64,000 nt of DNA from an uncultured Candidatus Entotheonella sp. (GCA_965217185.1 OZ244252.1:2368001-2432000), one strand, 5' to 3'; positions 1 through 9,888 are shown, counted from the first letter of the stretch. The notes: generated by a model from the sequence alone, not told the origin. Numbers and translations are program-made.

Positions 1-824
1 AGCGCCTCGGCCCCGCCGCCGAGAACCAAGTGGTCGATCAACGACGTGTACCGGGGGTCGCATTGGGTGGTCAGGTCCGAGGTGGACAAGACAAGCGGCG
101 CGCTCGGTGGCGATAGGATTCGCCACGCCCAGTCGTCAGGCAACGCGAGGCGCCGGTTGAAATCCCCCAGGATGACGAACGCCGAACCCTCCGCCCGCCG
201 GGCGTCGGTCCAATCCTTGAGCCGGTTGATCTGGCCGCGAAGCACGGCGCAATCTTCCGCGTCCTCGGGATTTCTGTCATTTGGCTCTCCCCAGCACCCT
301 GTTACGAGGTGAACCGACAGTAGCCGCAGGTTTTGTCCGCTTTCCGTCACCGTAATATCGGTGCCCCACCGCTCGAAATGGCTCGCTTCGCCCAGGTCAT
401 CCACGTCGGCGTTGCGGCGATAGGCGATCCCCCGGCGGATGGCGAACCCCGTTGCCAGATGCCCCAGACGCTGGCCCGGCCGACGCCAGCATTCGGGGCA
501 CGGGCCTGTTTCCGGGCGGGACGACATTTCCACGTGCCAGCCTGACCTGGGGAAAACCCGGTGTGCCGCCGCTTCGTTCTCCACTTCCTGGAACGCGACG
601 ATATCCAGGGCGAGTTCCTTCACCTGCACCGCGATGGCGTCGTAGTCGGCCTGCTCCCGCGGCAGGCAGCCGTCGGCGCCTGTATCGTCCAGATGTTCCA
701 GGTTCCACGCCGCGATCCGCAGCCGTTGTCCCACCTCGTCATGGCAAGCCGAAGTCAGCAAGGCCAGCACAAAGAAGCACAACAATAGGCGAAAAGGGAC
801 CATTCGCTTGACAGCCTCCCTCAT
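1..824 (-). CDS. Endonuclease/exonuclease/phosphatase (EEP) family lipoprotein, 3' end runs off the window
   Basis: Absent from the ORF track (no stop in window). Manual translation from ATG 824: MREAVKRMVPFRLLLCFFVLALLTSAC (lipobox), then LRIAAWNLEHL, DIVAFQEVE, LLSVHL, VILGDFN and IDHLVL, which are EEP catalytic motifs. Confidence 0.85.
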   Translation of the reverse strand, partial: MREAVKRMVPFRLLLCFFVLALLTSACHDEVGQRLRIAAWNLEHLDDTGADGCLPREQADYDAIAVQVKELALDIVAFQEVENEAAAHRVFPRSGWHVEMSSRPETGPCPECWRRPGQRLGHLATGFAIRRGIAYRRNADVDDLGEASHFERWGTDITVTESGQNLRLLSVHLVTGCWGEPNDRNPEDAEDCAVLRGQINRLKDWTDARRAEGSAFVILGDFNRRLALPDDWAWRILSPPSAPLVLSTSDLTTQCDPRYTSLIDHLVLGGGAEA

Positions 825-912
825 TTGATTCCTTCCAATTCTGACTGGCGAGAGCATTTCCGTATCAGATTGCACCAGAAAGATGCCGGGCGGCTCTTGC
901 GCCCCGTTTACT

Positions 913-949
913 CCCTCTCCCCTGGAGGGAGAGGGTTGGGGTGAGGGGG
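913..949. repeat. Interspersed palindromic repeat family B ([22 protein letters not shown])
   Basis: Related copies at 16267-16304, 20624-20674 and 42113-42135. Confidence 0.8.
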
Positions 950-1010
950 AAGTCCCGCATTGCAAGCCGTCTTGGTTCGAAAGTGCCCTCAAACCCCGCA
1001 CGCTGCGGAA

Positions 1011-1042
1011 GTCGGATTACGCCGGCGGCTAATCCGACCTAC
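1011..1042. repeat. REP-like element family A (GTAG foot; GTCGGATT..AATCCGAC hairpin)
   Basis: Related copies at 23762, 34579, 47426, 56443, 57168 and 63817. Confidence 0.85.
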
Positions 1043-1113
1043 ATATTCTGTGGCGTGCGCCGCCGTCCAGCGCGCCATCCCCCACCCCGCCTGCGGTCTG
1101 ACCGCTCGTCCAA

Positions 1114-2604
1114 CTACCCGGACCGCTGCAATTCGGCGAGCATCTCGCGGAAGCTGGCGAGGCCGGCTTCCAGGTTTTCGATGATCTCTTCGGCGAGGTC
1201 GTCAGGCTCGGGCAGGTTGTCCAGGTCCGTCAGGCTCTTGTCCTTGAGCCAGAAGACGTCGAGGCTGGTCTTGTCGCGGGCCGTCAGTTCCTCGTAGCTG
1301 TAGCTGCGCCAGCGGCCGTCCGGCGCCTCATGTTCGTCCCAGGTCGCCGTGCGCTGGTGCCGGTTCTGCGGGTTGTAGCAGCGCACGAAATCCGCCAGGT
1401 CCTCATAACGCAGCGGCTTCTTCTTCAGCGTGTGATGGATATTGGTGCGGTAGTCGTAGTACCAGACCCGCTTGGTCCAGGGGTGCGGGCTGGCTTCGTG
1501 GTTGTCGAAGAAGATCACGTTGGCCTTGACCCCTTGCGCGTAGAACACGCCGGTCGGCAGGCGCAGGATGGTGTGCAGGTCCGTGGTGTCCAGCAGCTTC
1601 TTGCGAATCGTCTCGCCGGCGCCGCCCTCGAACAGCACGTTGTCCGGCACGACGACGGCGGCGCGGCCGGTGGTTTTTAGCATGGTGCGAATGTGCTGCA
1701 CGAAATTGAGCTGCTTGTTCGCGGTGGTCGCCCAGAAGTCCTGCCGGTTGTAGGTCAGGTCGTCCCTTTCCTGTTCGCCCTCCTCGTTCGTGAAGCTCAT
1801 GGAGCTTTTCTTGCCAAAAGGCGGGTTCGCCAGCACGTAGTCAAAGCGCTGGCCGGCATCGGCCACCAGCGAATCGTTTGGCGAAATGGGCGCGCCGCCG
1901 TCGATCTCGCCGATGTTGTGCAGGAACATGTTCATCAGGCACAGCCGCCGCGTGTTGGCGACGATCTCGTTGCCGTGAAACGCCTCGTGCTTCAGGAACG
2001 CCTTCTGCTCCCGGTCGAGGCTGAAGTTGTCCGGGTTGGTGATGAAGTCGTAGGCGGCCAGAAAGAACCCGCCCGTGCCGCAGGCCGGGTCGGCGATGCG
2101 AGTGCCCGGTTCGGGCCGCACGCATTCCACCATGGCGCGGATAAGGGCGCGCGGCGTGAAATACTGGCCCGCGCCTGACTTGGTGTCTTCGGCGTTCTTC
2201 TCCAGGAGCCCCTCGTAAATGTCGCCCTTTACGTCGGCGCCCATGGTCACCCATTCGGTGTCGTCCACCATGTCGATCAGGCGGAACAGCTTGGCCGGGT
2301 CCTGGATCTTGTTCTGCGCCTTGGTGAAGATCTGGCCCAGCATGCCCGCCCGGGTCCCGAGCGTGCGCAGCAGGGTAACGTAGTGGCCTTCGAGTTCCGC
2401 GCCCCTTTTCGACTTCAGGCTCTGCCAGTTGAATTCGGCCGGGATGCCGACGTCGCGGTTGTACGGTGGCTTGGCGTACTCGTCGGCCATCTTGAGGAAG
2501 ATCAGATAGGTGAGCTGCTCCAGGTAGTCGCCATAGCTCACCCCGTCATCGCGCAGGGTGGTGCAGAAGCTCCAGACTTTGGAGACGATGGGAGCGGTGT
2601 TCAT
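1114..2604 (-). CDS. hsdM: Type I restriction-modification methyltransferase subunit M
   Basis: GQYFTPR, DPACGTGGF (SAM binding), NPPF (N6-adenine MTase motif IV); lies in an operon with hsdS/hsdR. Confidence 0.95.
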   Translation of the reverse strand: MNTAPIVSKVWSFCTTLRDDGVSYGDYLEQLTYLIFLKMADEYAKPPYNRDVGIPAEFNWQSLKSKRGAELEGHYVTLLRTLGTRAGMLGQIFTKAQNKIQDPAKLFRLIDMVDDTEWVTMGADVKGDIYEGLLEKNAEDTKSGAGQYFTPRALIRAMVECVRPEPGTRIADPACGTGGFFLAAYDFITNPDNFSLDREQKAFLKHEAFHGNEIVANTRRLCLMNMFLHNIGEIDGGAPISPNDSLVADAGQRFDYVLANPPFGKKSSMSFTNEEGEQERDDLTYNRQDFWATTANKQLNFVQHIRTMLKTTGRAAVVVPDNVLFEGGAGETIRKKLLDTTDLHTILRLPTGVFYAQGVKANVIFFDNHEASPHPWTKRVWYYDYRTNIHHTLKKKPLRYEDLADFVRCYNPQNRHQRTATWDEHEAPDGRWRSYSYEELTARDKTSLDVFWLKDKSLTDLDNLPEPDDLAEEIIENLEAGLASFREMLAELQRSG

Positions 2605-4163
2605 GCAGACGAATCCTTCCCCATGGTTTGTCGAGCCAAGGCATCGCCGGCCGCGGTTCGCCGATAACGCTGGTTCCGGCTGGTCGGCTTGCCGGGGAGC
2701 GTCATTTCAATCAGGCCGGCTTCGAGGGCGGGCTTCAGATAGACAATGGTGAAGTGGTTCCGGTCTTTGAGTTGCAATGCTGCCTGGATTTGGGCGCGGC
2801 TCATCTTTCCGGTGAGGACAGCCACGAGTTGCTCGACGTGAGCGGTGACTTGTCCGGTATCTTGCGGGGTATCTTGTAGGGTGTCTTGCCCGGATGCCTC
2901 GTTAGCCGCCCGCTCGTGCATCGGCAGCCGGACCAGAAACCAGGTTCGGTCCTCGTCGCTCTCGAAGACCGGCTCCGGGGAGCCGTTCTGCTGCATGGCT
3001 CGCAGAATCTTGGGGACTCCGGTTGACCTGCCCTCGGCCAACTCGAGTTCCTTGAGAAACTCGCCAATTCGACGGTTGCGGTAGCGGCGGCTGACGGCTT
3101 GCCCGTTCTTGAAATCTTCCATGCGGATGGATCGGTCGGCGCCCGGAAAGCTCAAGATCACCAACTCTTCCGGGGTAATGCGGACCTCGACTGGCTCCCG
3201 TTCCTCGTACGAGCGGTGGTAGACCGCATTCACCAGTGCCTCTTCGATGGCCCCAATGGGAAAGTTCCAGAATCGCTCCGCTTCGGGCTTGTGTGGATGC
3301 TTGACGACCGTTTCCTTCAGGTAGTTCCGTCCGATGTAGCTGATCGCCTCGCTGAGGATGATCGACAGAGGGCCGCGAAACTCCTTCTCCTCGAAATGGT
3401 CTCCGCCAGGGCCATCCGGGAACCAGACAACATCAATCTGAGTTGCCGGAAAGAAGTCGTGCGGGCGGTCGTTAAAAAACAGCAAGCCGACGTTCTTGGG
3501 GAACATCGCTTCGGGAGGACCGCCGACGATGTTCATGCGTTGACCCAGGCTCTCAACCGAGAGACCGACCGCCTCAGAGGCGAGGTCGCTGCCGATGTCG
3601 CGCAGAAATTCCTGGATAAGCCGATGCGAAAGGTCATCAAGCGAAGCCGTCTGGCGATACCTGTCATCAAAGGGCACGGTGGCCGCCAGGCTGAGCAATT
3701 CGCGTTCATCGCGGCCTCTCGCACGGACCGTGCTGGTGTGTTTGCGAACGAAGTATGCCCACTCCGAGTGCCCCTTGGCGAGATTTACTTTGGCTTTGTA
3801 AGGACGGGTTTCGCCGCCAGGTGCCCAGAGCACGAGTAGGGTCCGGCCAGCAATATCGTAGGTCCCCATAAGCGGGTGGTAATAGGGCTGTATGGCCGAA
3901 TTGCCCAGGTTCAGCAGTTCCTTCTGGATCGCATCGATGGAATCTGGAGGAATGCCCTTGGGCGGCAGCACTGGGCGACCGTCGCGCTCCTCGACCCCCA
4001 ACACGATGTAACCGCCGCCCAGATTGTGGAAGTCGTTGGCGAAGGCGCAGATGGTGTGCAGCACTTTCTTCGGATTCCAACCAGCCTTGTACTCGATGCG
4101 CTCGCCTTCAATGGTGCGCTGGCGAAGCAGGTGGTTGATGTTGATGGGAAGTTTGCCGGTCAT
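2601..4163 (-). CDS. Schlafen/AlbA_2 + HATPase_c_4 (RecG C-terminal-like) + C-terminal HTH protein
   Basis: N-terminal EGERIEYK...ICAFAN...GGYIVLGVEE; EALVNAVYHRSY; RNRRIGEFLKELELAEGRSTG; C-terminal YLKPALEAGLIEMTLPGKPTSRNQRYRRT. Confidence 0.85.
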   Translation of the reverse strand: MTGKLPININHLLRQRTIEGERIEYKAGWNPKKVLHTICAFANDFHNLGGGYIVLGVEERDGRPVLPPKGIPPDSIDAIQKELLNLGNSAIQPYYHPLMGTYDIAGRTLLVLWAPGGETRPYKAKVNLAKGHSEWAYFVRKHTSTVRARGRDERELLSLAATVPFDDRYRQTASLDDLSHRLIQEFLRDIGSDLASEAVGLSVESLGQRMNIVGGPPEAMFPKNVGLLFFNDRPHDFFPATQIDVVWFPDGPGGDHFEEKEFRGPLSIILSEAISYIGRNYLKETVVKHPHKPEAERFWNFPIGAIEEALVNAVYHRSYEEREPVEVRITPEELVILSFPGADRSIRMEDFKNGQAVSRRYRNRRIGEFLKELELAEGRSTGVPKILRAMQQNGSPEPVFESDEDRTWFLVRLPMHERAANEASGQDTLQDTPQDTGQVTAHVEQLVAVLTGKMSRAQIQAALQLKDRNHFTIVYLKPALEAGLIEMTLPGKPTSRNQRYRRTAAGDALARQTMGKDSSA

Positions 4164-5789
4164 GCTGTTGCCGCCGTGCGTCTGCGTTTTGCCCGCGTGT
4201 CGTTTTGAGGCCGCGCAGCTTTTGCGGCTCTGATGCGCTCGAGCAGGATGGATGCAGGCTCGTCATTCGGGTCCTGCGGGACGAGTTGGCCGGCAAAGGC
4301 TTTCTTCAAAACTGATTGGCGAAGAGCATCAGCCTTGAGTAGCTGTTTGTCGATTGTGCCTCTTTGATCTTCTATCACCGACAGAACAGCCTCAAGCTGA
4401 TCAACGAGGACTCGTTGTTCCTCTAACGAGCACAGGGGCACGACAAGGCTCTCAAGTGTGGCCAAGTTGATGTTCTTCTGTGCTGTTGCCGGTGCGTACC
4501 CCTCGATTCGTGTCCGCACCGACTTGATGAATAGCTCTACATATTCAGGCAAGACCAACGTCTTCGCAGCAGTGAACCCCACAACGCTGTCAGGGAAGCA
4601 ACCGTCAAATCCGAGAAAGGCCGTCTCGGCGATATTCGCGGCGATCGTGATACACAGCGTCCCTGCCGGCCAAAGCTTGCTTTGCTGAAAACCAAGTTCG
4701 CTGTAGGTCTGAGAATGTTCACGGATGATACGACCAGCCGCCTTGACTTCTGCCGTCTGGATGAAAGGATACGGCCCCCCGAAGAGTTCTGGCGCATTGC
4801 GTGGCCTGTGTTTCGACTTGCCCCGTCCCAGTTCACCCAGGTTGGCCAAGTAGGTGTAGGCGTAGCCCCCTGGCAACGGTGGAAGCTTTGCGAGAGCGTC
4901 GGAGCCCACTACAAGCAGGTCGGCCGCCTTTCTTTCCTGCTTGATGCGGGCGAGCAATTGCTCGGGCGTCTCAAGCGTGTCCTTGTTCTCTTCACGCCAC
5001 CGGGCCGTGAGTTTGCCTTCGAAGGCGTGCTTGAGCACGGCTTGGCGGTAGACATTGAGCTTCGCCCGCGCCGTCTTCAGGCTCTCGACGCCCTTGTCCA
5101 GTTCGGAAAACAGTTCTTCAATTTTTGCGACGATGCGACGTTGTTCGGCCAAGGGCGCAATAGGAATTCTGCTCCTCTTGAGGAACGCGTAATGTCTTGA
5201 ATACCCTCGGTCCGGTAAACGTAACGCCCTGCATGCGTAGTACGCGAAACGCTCGTCGATAATGATCGGCTGGAGTACCTTCACTCCATCGGCACCAGGC
5301 GCAAACCGAAATCCGACAAGTTTGAAGCATTTCGTATGGGTGTAAGTCCGAAATTGAGCGATTCTGAGGGGGTCTGGTACGGCTTGGGGACATGATTGAT
5401 GCGCGAGGTGACAAAGTGTCACGTAGGACGGTGGGTGATGGGCAGCACTCCTCTGGGGTATTGTTGGTTTATCTACAAAATTGGCGCACGGACGGGCCGC
5501 CTAACTGGTCAATTTGAGACCTACGCCCTTTCGTATGATCACCGAAAACTATCAGGGCACGATTCGGTTGGATAGCTTTTGCTTCGTCATTCGTGAATCC
5601 TCCGATCAAATCGACTCCCTGATCGACTACCGGGACCGTACCGGAAGAAAGGTATTGCTTCTGGGGTATTTTGAGACCCGAAAGAGAAATGTTCTCGAAT
5701 GCCTCTTCGAAGTCCATTTGCTCCCAATGCGGTGGGATATCCAGGGGCGGTGGCGCCCATTCATCCATATGAGAATCAGAATTATTCAT
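4160..5789 (-). pseudogene. hsdS: Type I R-M specificity subunit S, interrupted by a 191-bp MITE
   Basis: IPPHW at the N-terminus; conserved regions PLAEQRRIVAKIEELF and SLEEQRVLV...LRQSVLKKAFAGQL. Removing 5338-5536 gives 1431 bp (477 codons) reading ...VFGDHT|KCFKLV... Confidence 0.9.
5338..5528. mobile_element. Non-autonomous MITE-like insertion
   Basis: Terminal inverted repeats GGGTGTAAGTCCGAAATTGA / TCAATTTGAGACCTACGCCC (16/20 match); 8-bp target duplication TTTCGTAT at 5330-5337 and 5529-5536; no transposase. Confidence 0.9.
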
Positions 5790-5790
5790 G

Positions 5791-5921
5791 TTACGCCGCC
5801 AGCACCTCGTTCAACTCATCAATCACGTCATCCATCCGGTCGCCGAAGAGCTTGTACATCTGCCCCAGGCCGCCCTTGCCATCAAACGGAGCCATGTCCA
5901 GGTCGTCGCGGCCCAGATGAC
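5791..5921 (-). pseudogene. Orphan duplicate of the hsdR 3' end
   Basis: Encodes HLGRDDLDMAPFDGKGGLGQMYKLFGDRMDDVIDELNEVLAA*, nearly identical to the hsdR C-terminus at 6672-6801. Confidence 0.9.
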
Positions 5922-5941
5922 ATATCGCCACCGGGTTGGCG

Positions 5942-6343
5942 CTACGGCTCAGCCGTGTTCGGCAATTGCAACGCGGCGACATCAAACGTGTAAACGGTGT
6001 CCAATCCATTGCCGAGAGTTGCCGTCTTCTGCGCCTTGTACACGATCAGGGCATCGGCGAAGTCTGCGTCTGTCTCACGATATGCCTGCAAGGCGCTCCA
6101 GATCACTTCATCATCCTCAAAGCGAACTTTGGGTTCTTGCAACAAGCTGTCGACGACGGCGATCAGGTCGGCCTTGGCCGCACAATACCGGCGTCCCATC
6201 AACGTCCACAACGTCTCCGCCAACACAACGTCCGTAATGAGAATGCGCGCCGCGCGTTCAAAAAGATGACGCGCTCTCTCAGCTTGCGCGTCGTCGTCTC
6301 TCAGGAGATAGCGGAGCAGAACATTGGTGTCGACCGCAATCAA
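5942..6343 (-). CDS. vapC: PIN-domain toxin (VapC family)
   Basis: MIAVDTNVLLR, VLAE, DFADALI, VYTFD; overlaps the upstream antitoxin gene. Confidence 0.9.
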   Translation of the reverse strand: MIAVDTNVLLRYLLRDDDAQAERARHLFERAARILITDVVLAETLWTLMGRRYCAAKADLIAVVDSLLQEPKVRFEDDEVIWSALQAYRETDADFADALIVYKAQKTATLGNGLDTVYTFDVAALQLPNTAEP

Positions 6344-6576
6344 GGCGTGTATCCCCGCTTCCGTTCAATTGCGCCTTGACGCGACTGCTCATCGGAGACC
6401 GTCTCGTCCGCTCGAAGATGAGCGAGACATCCCCAGGCGCTGCCAGGCTGTTGGCGGACGATGGTGATGCGACCATTGGCAACGAAACTCCGACATTCGT
6501 CACCAGGCTCAATACCGGCCAATCGGCACTGATTGGCCGGTAAGGTGAGTTGGCGTTTGGCGCTGACTTTGGGCAT
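6340..6576 (-). CDS. AbrB/MazE-fold antitoxin
   Basis: MPKVSAKRQLTLP...GIEPGD; GGGAGG RBS before ATG 6576; coupled to vapC. Confidence 0.85.
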   Translation of the reverse strand: MPKVSAKRQLTLPANQCRLAGIEPGDECRSFVANGRITIVRQQPGSAWGCLAHLRADETVSDEQSRQGAIERKRGYTP

Positions 6577-6612
6577 TGTCGCCTCCCATGCACGTTGCAG
6601 ATTGACCATGGA

Positions 6613-6651
6613 ATGGTATAGAACTCTTTACTTAACCTCAATATGTAAAGA
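6613..6651 (-). promoter_or_regulatory. Putative sigma70 promoter with overlapping operator for the vapBC unit
   Basis: Minus-strand TTGAGG (6636-6641), 17-bp spacer, TACCAT (6613-6618); inverted repeat TCTTTAC-N13-GTAAAGA (6625-6651) straddles the -35 box. Confidence 0.5.
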
Positions 6652-6671
6652 CAAACTGCGTCAGGGATGAC

Positions 6672-9440
6672 TCATGCCGCCAGCGCCTCGTTCAACTCGT
6701 CAATCACGTCCTCCATCCGGTCGCCGAAGAGCTTGTACATCTGCCCCATGCCGCCTTTGCCATCGAACGGCGCCATGTCCAGATCGTCGCGCTCCAGATG
6801 AAACGAAGTGACGATGTGGTCGCGGATCATGCGCAGCCAGTCCATCTGGGCCTCGTTGAACTTCTCGCCGCTGCCGCTGTGGTGCGTCATGATCCAATTC
6901 TGGAAATTGCGGCGCACGGTTTCCGAGTAGAGCGAGAACTTTTTGTCAATGCCGCAGGCGCGGCGGATCAACGCGACGAGCGCGGTCAGTTCGCGAACGG
7001 GCTGGGCGCCTTTGTAGTCGTCGAGCAGCGCATACGCCTGCCAGACGCGCAAGGGGGACAACCGGGGCTGGTCGTTCTTCAGCCTGTCAAACACCTCGCG
7101 GATCATGGCGAAGGTCAACTCGCGGCGGCGGTGCGGCTGGGCGTAGAAGATGGTCAGTGCTTCGATTTCATCGCGATTGGCTTCCAGATAGTGCTGGAAA
7201 TCCCGCGCCATGGCTTCGGCGTTCTCGTGCGCGTCGCCCTCCCACTCGGCGCGGAGCACCGTGTCCAGGCTTTCATGGTCAATGGTCTGTTCCTTGTCGC
7301 GGCGAATCGAGTCGATCAGCTCGATCAACTCGCCGTTGAACACGCCGGCCGCCTCGCCTACCAACAATTCCTGGGCCTTGTCGCTCGTGGCCGGTGACGG
7401 CTCGGCACCGTCGCGCACCGACCCAATCTCGCGCGCCTTCTCGTCGATCCGGTCCGGGTCAATGGCCGCCAACAGATTGCCGACGATGCCGGTTAGTTCG
7501 ACGCCGCCGGCCTGTTCCCGGATGCGCGCCTGCTCGGCGGGGTCGAGTTGCTGGCTGAGCCGGGCAAGGCGGCCGGCGAGGGAACTCACGGTGTCCTCGT
7601 CGTGCGCGCCCATCATCACGCCCATGGCGAGGTCCCGGAGCGGCACGGCGGGTTTGGTGATGAGCGGCTGGCTTGCGGTCTTGAGCGATTTGGTGACGCC
7701 GACCGCATCCACGATCACATAATGGGTCTTGCCGCTGACCGCGGAGGGCGAGACTTTCTTGAGGTCGTCGTGGTCGAGGGTGCGGGTGCCGCGGCCCTTC
7801 ATCTGCTCGAAATAGTTGCGGCTCCTCACGTCGCGCATGAACAGCAGGCATTCGAGCGGCTTGACGTCGGTGCCGGTGGCGACCATGTCCACGGTCACGG
7901 CGATGCGTGGGTAGTAGTCGTTGCGGAACTGGGCGAGGACGGATTTCGGGTCTTCCTCGGCCTTGTAGGTGACCTTCTTGCAGAACTCGTTGCTTTCGGC
8001 GAATTCCTCGCGCGCGATCTGGATAATGTCGTCGGCGTGGCTGTCGGTCTTGGCGAAGACGAGCGTTTTCGGAACTTCGGCGCGGCCGGGAAATATCTCC
8101 GGCAGCTTGTCGCGGAAGGTGCGGACGACGGTGCGAATCTGGTCCGGGTTGACGACGGAACGGTCAAGTTCCTTGCCGGTATAGACGACGGCCTCGTCCT
8201 GAATCTCCCAGCGCTTGCGGCGCGTCAGACGCTCCCGCCTCTCGACCTGTTGGTGCGCCCTGAGTTGACCGCCGCGCTGCGTCCTTTCCGTCTCAATGGC
8301 GTAGATTTCGTTGCCGACGTTGACGCCGTCGGCGACGGCTTGCTCGTGGCCGTATTCGCTGACGATGTTCTTGCTGAAGAATCCATAGGTGCGGTTGTCC
8401 GGCGTGGCCGTCAGGCCGACGAGATAGGCGTCGAAGTATTCCAGGACTTGGCGCCACAGGTTGTAGATCGAGCGGTGGCATTCGTCGATGATGATGAAGT
8501 CGAAGAACTCGGGCGGAATCTTCGGGTTATAGACGACCGGCTTCGGCTGTCTGATCTGCACCATCTCCGCCGGACTGATTTCCTCGGCGGCTTCGTCCAT
8601 GTCCTGGTCCCTCAGCAGCGCGTACATACGCTGGATAGTGCTGATGCAGACCTGGCTGTTCTTGGGGACGTAGGACGACCTGAGGCGCTGGACGCTGTAA
8701 AGCTCGATGAACTTGCGGTTGTCGTCACTGGGCACGTAGGCCATGAATTCCTGCTCGGCCTGTTCGCCCAGGTTCTTGGTGTCGACAAGGAAGAGGACGC
8801 GCTTGGCGTCGGCATGCTTGAGCAGCCGGTAGATCGAGGTGACGGCGGCGTAGGTCTTGCCCGAGCCGGTCGCCATTTGAATGAGGGCGCGCGGGCGGTC
8901 GTCTTGGAAGGATGCCTCCAGCCCCTCGATGGCGTTGACCTGGCACGTTCTCAATCCGGCAGGGTCCAGACTCGGCAGCGCCTGCAGCCGCGTGCGCAGC
9001 GTGGCCGGCCGGGAATGCCATTCCTGCATCGTCTCCGGCCGGGGGAAATGGAATACTTCCCGCGAGCGCGGTTTCGGGTCGCGCGTGTTGGTAAACCGCG
9101 TCAGCACGCCGGTGCTTTCGTACACGAATGGCAGCGGCTCTGAATGGTTCAGCCACTTCAGCCTGGCCGAGGCATAGGTGGCAGATTGCTCCTCGACCGT
9201 CGTGATGTTCTGACCCCGGTGATCCGGTTTGGCCTCGATGACCCCGACAGGCTTCTTGCCGACGAAAAGAACGTAATCGGCGGGGCCGGCGTCCGTCTGA
9301 TACTCACGAACAGCGACGCCGGGGCCGGCCCTGAAGTCGATCTTCTTGTTGCTCTGAACCACCCACCCCGCTTCGCGCAACATCCCGTCAATCACGTCCC
9401 GCGCTGCCTGCTCGGGTGTCTGGTTGGGATTCAACGTCAT
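6672..9440 (-). CDS. hsdR: Type I restriction endonuclease subunit R (EcoEI/EcoAI-like)
   Basis: ADYVLF...VIEAK nuclease motif; MATGSGKT, IIDECHRS, GLTATP and QMKGRGTR helicase motifs. Confidence 0.95.
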   Translation of the reverse strand: MTLNPNQTPEQAARDVIDGMLREAGWVVQSNKKIDFRAGPGVAVREYQTDAGPADYVLFVGKKPVGVIEAKPDHRGQNITTVEEQSATYASARLKWLNHSEPLPFVYESTGVLTRFTNTRDPKPRSREVFHFPRPETMQEWHSRPATLRTRLQALPSLDPAGLRTCQVNAIEGLEASFQDDRPRALIQMATGSGKTYAAVTSIYRLLKHADAKRVLFLVDTKNLGEQAEQEFMAYVPSDDNRKFIELYSVQRLRSSYVPKNSQVCISTIQRMYALLRDQDMDEAAEEISPAEMVQIRQPKPVVYNPKIPPEFFDFIIIDECHRSIYNLWRQVLEYFDAYLVGLTATPDNRTYGFFSKNIVSEYGHEQAVADGVNVGNEIYAIETERTQRGGQLRAHQQVERRERLTRRKRWEIQDEAVVYTGKELDRSVVNPDQIRTVVRTFRDKLPEIFPGRAEVPKTLVFAKTDSHADDIIQIAREEFAESNEFCKKVTYKAEEDPKSVLAQFRNDYYPRIAVTVDMVATGTDVKPLECLLFMRDVRSRNYFEQMKGRGTRTLDHDDLKKVSPSAVSGKTHYVIVDAVGVTKSLKTASQPLITKPAVPLRDLAMGVMMGAHDEDTVSSLAGRLARLSQQLDPAEQARIREQAGGVELTGIVGNLLAAIDPDRIDEKAREIGSVRDGAEPSPATSDKAQELLVGEAAGVFNGELIELIDSIRRDKEQTIDHESLDTVLRAEWEGDAHENAEAMARDFQHYLEANRDEIEALTIFYAQPHRRRELTFAMIREVFDRLKNDQPRLSPLRVWQAYALLDDYKGAQPVRELTALVALIRRACGIDKKFSLYSETVRRNFQNWIMTHHSGSGEKFNEAQMDWLRMIRDHIVTSFHLERDDLDMAPFDGKGGMGQMYKLFGDRMEDVIDELNEALAA

Positions 9441-9515
9441 AGTCCGTCCTGCGCCTTTGGCTCAGAGTTGCTTGCGGCGTTATTCGCAAGCAACTCCCAA
9501 GGCCACTCAAAGATG

Positions 9516-9776
9516 TTATCGGGTCTTGCTTTGCGCTCGCACGTAGCTTTCGAGTACCTGGTTGATCCGCGTCTGATAGCCTTTTCCAGACGCTTTGAAA
9601 TAAGCTAGCACCGAGCGTTTGATACGCATGGTTACTTGCTCTGTGCGGTCGGGTTCGACGAGGTGGGCCTGGCGCCAAAAGGTGTCGTCCAGTTCAGGAA
9701 TGTCACTGAAATCAATGTCCTCGTCCTTTGTGGCTGCAATCTGTTCGGGTGTGAGGGGGCTATCGTAGCTGCTCAT
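9516..9776 (-). CDS. BrnA-family antitoxin
   Basis: DIDFSDIPEL...VTMRIKRSVLAYFKASGKGYQTRINQVL. Confidence 0.88.
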   Translation of the reverse strand: MSSYDSPLTPEQIAATKDEDIDFSDIPELDDTFWRQAHLVEPDRTEQVTMRIKRSVLAYFKASGKGYQTRINQVLESYVRAQSKTR

Positions 9777-9888
9777 GGTAAGCCTGCCTTTCCTTGCGGG
9801 ACGCCGGACGAGCCGAGATCAGACGAATACGCCCGGCTCGGTCGGTATGAGCAACTATGGTAAGAACTGTCACCGCTTGGTCGCATAC
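9760..9888 (-). pseudogene. 3' remnant of a BrnT-family toxin
   Basis: Manual translation VLTIVAHTDRAGRIRLISARPASRKERQAYHEQLR*; overlaps the brnA start; the 5' half is missing. Confidence 0.75.
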
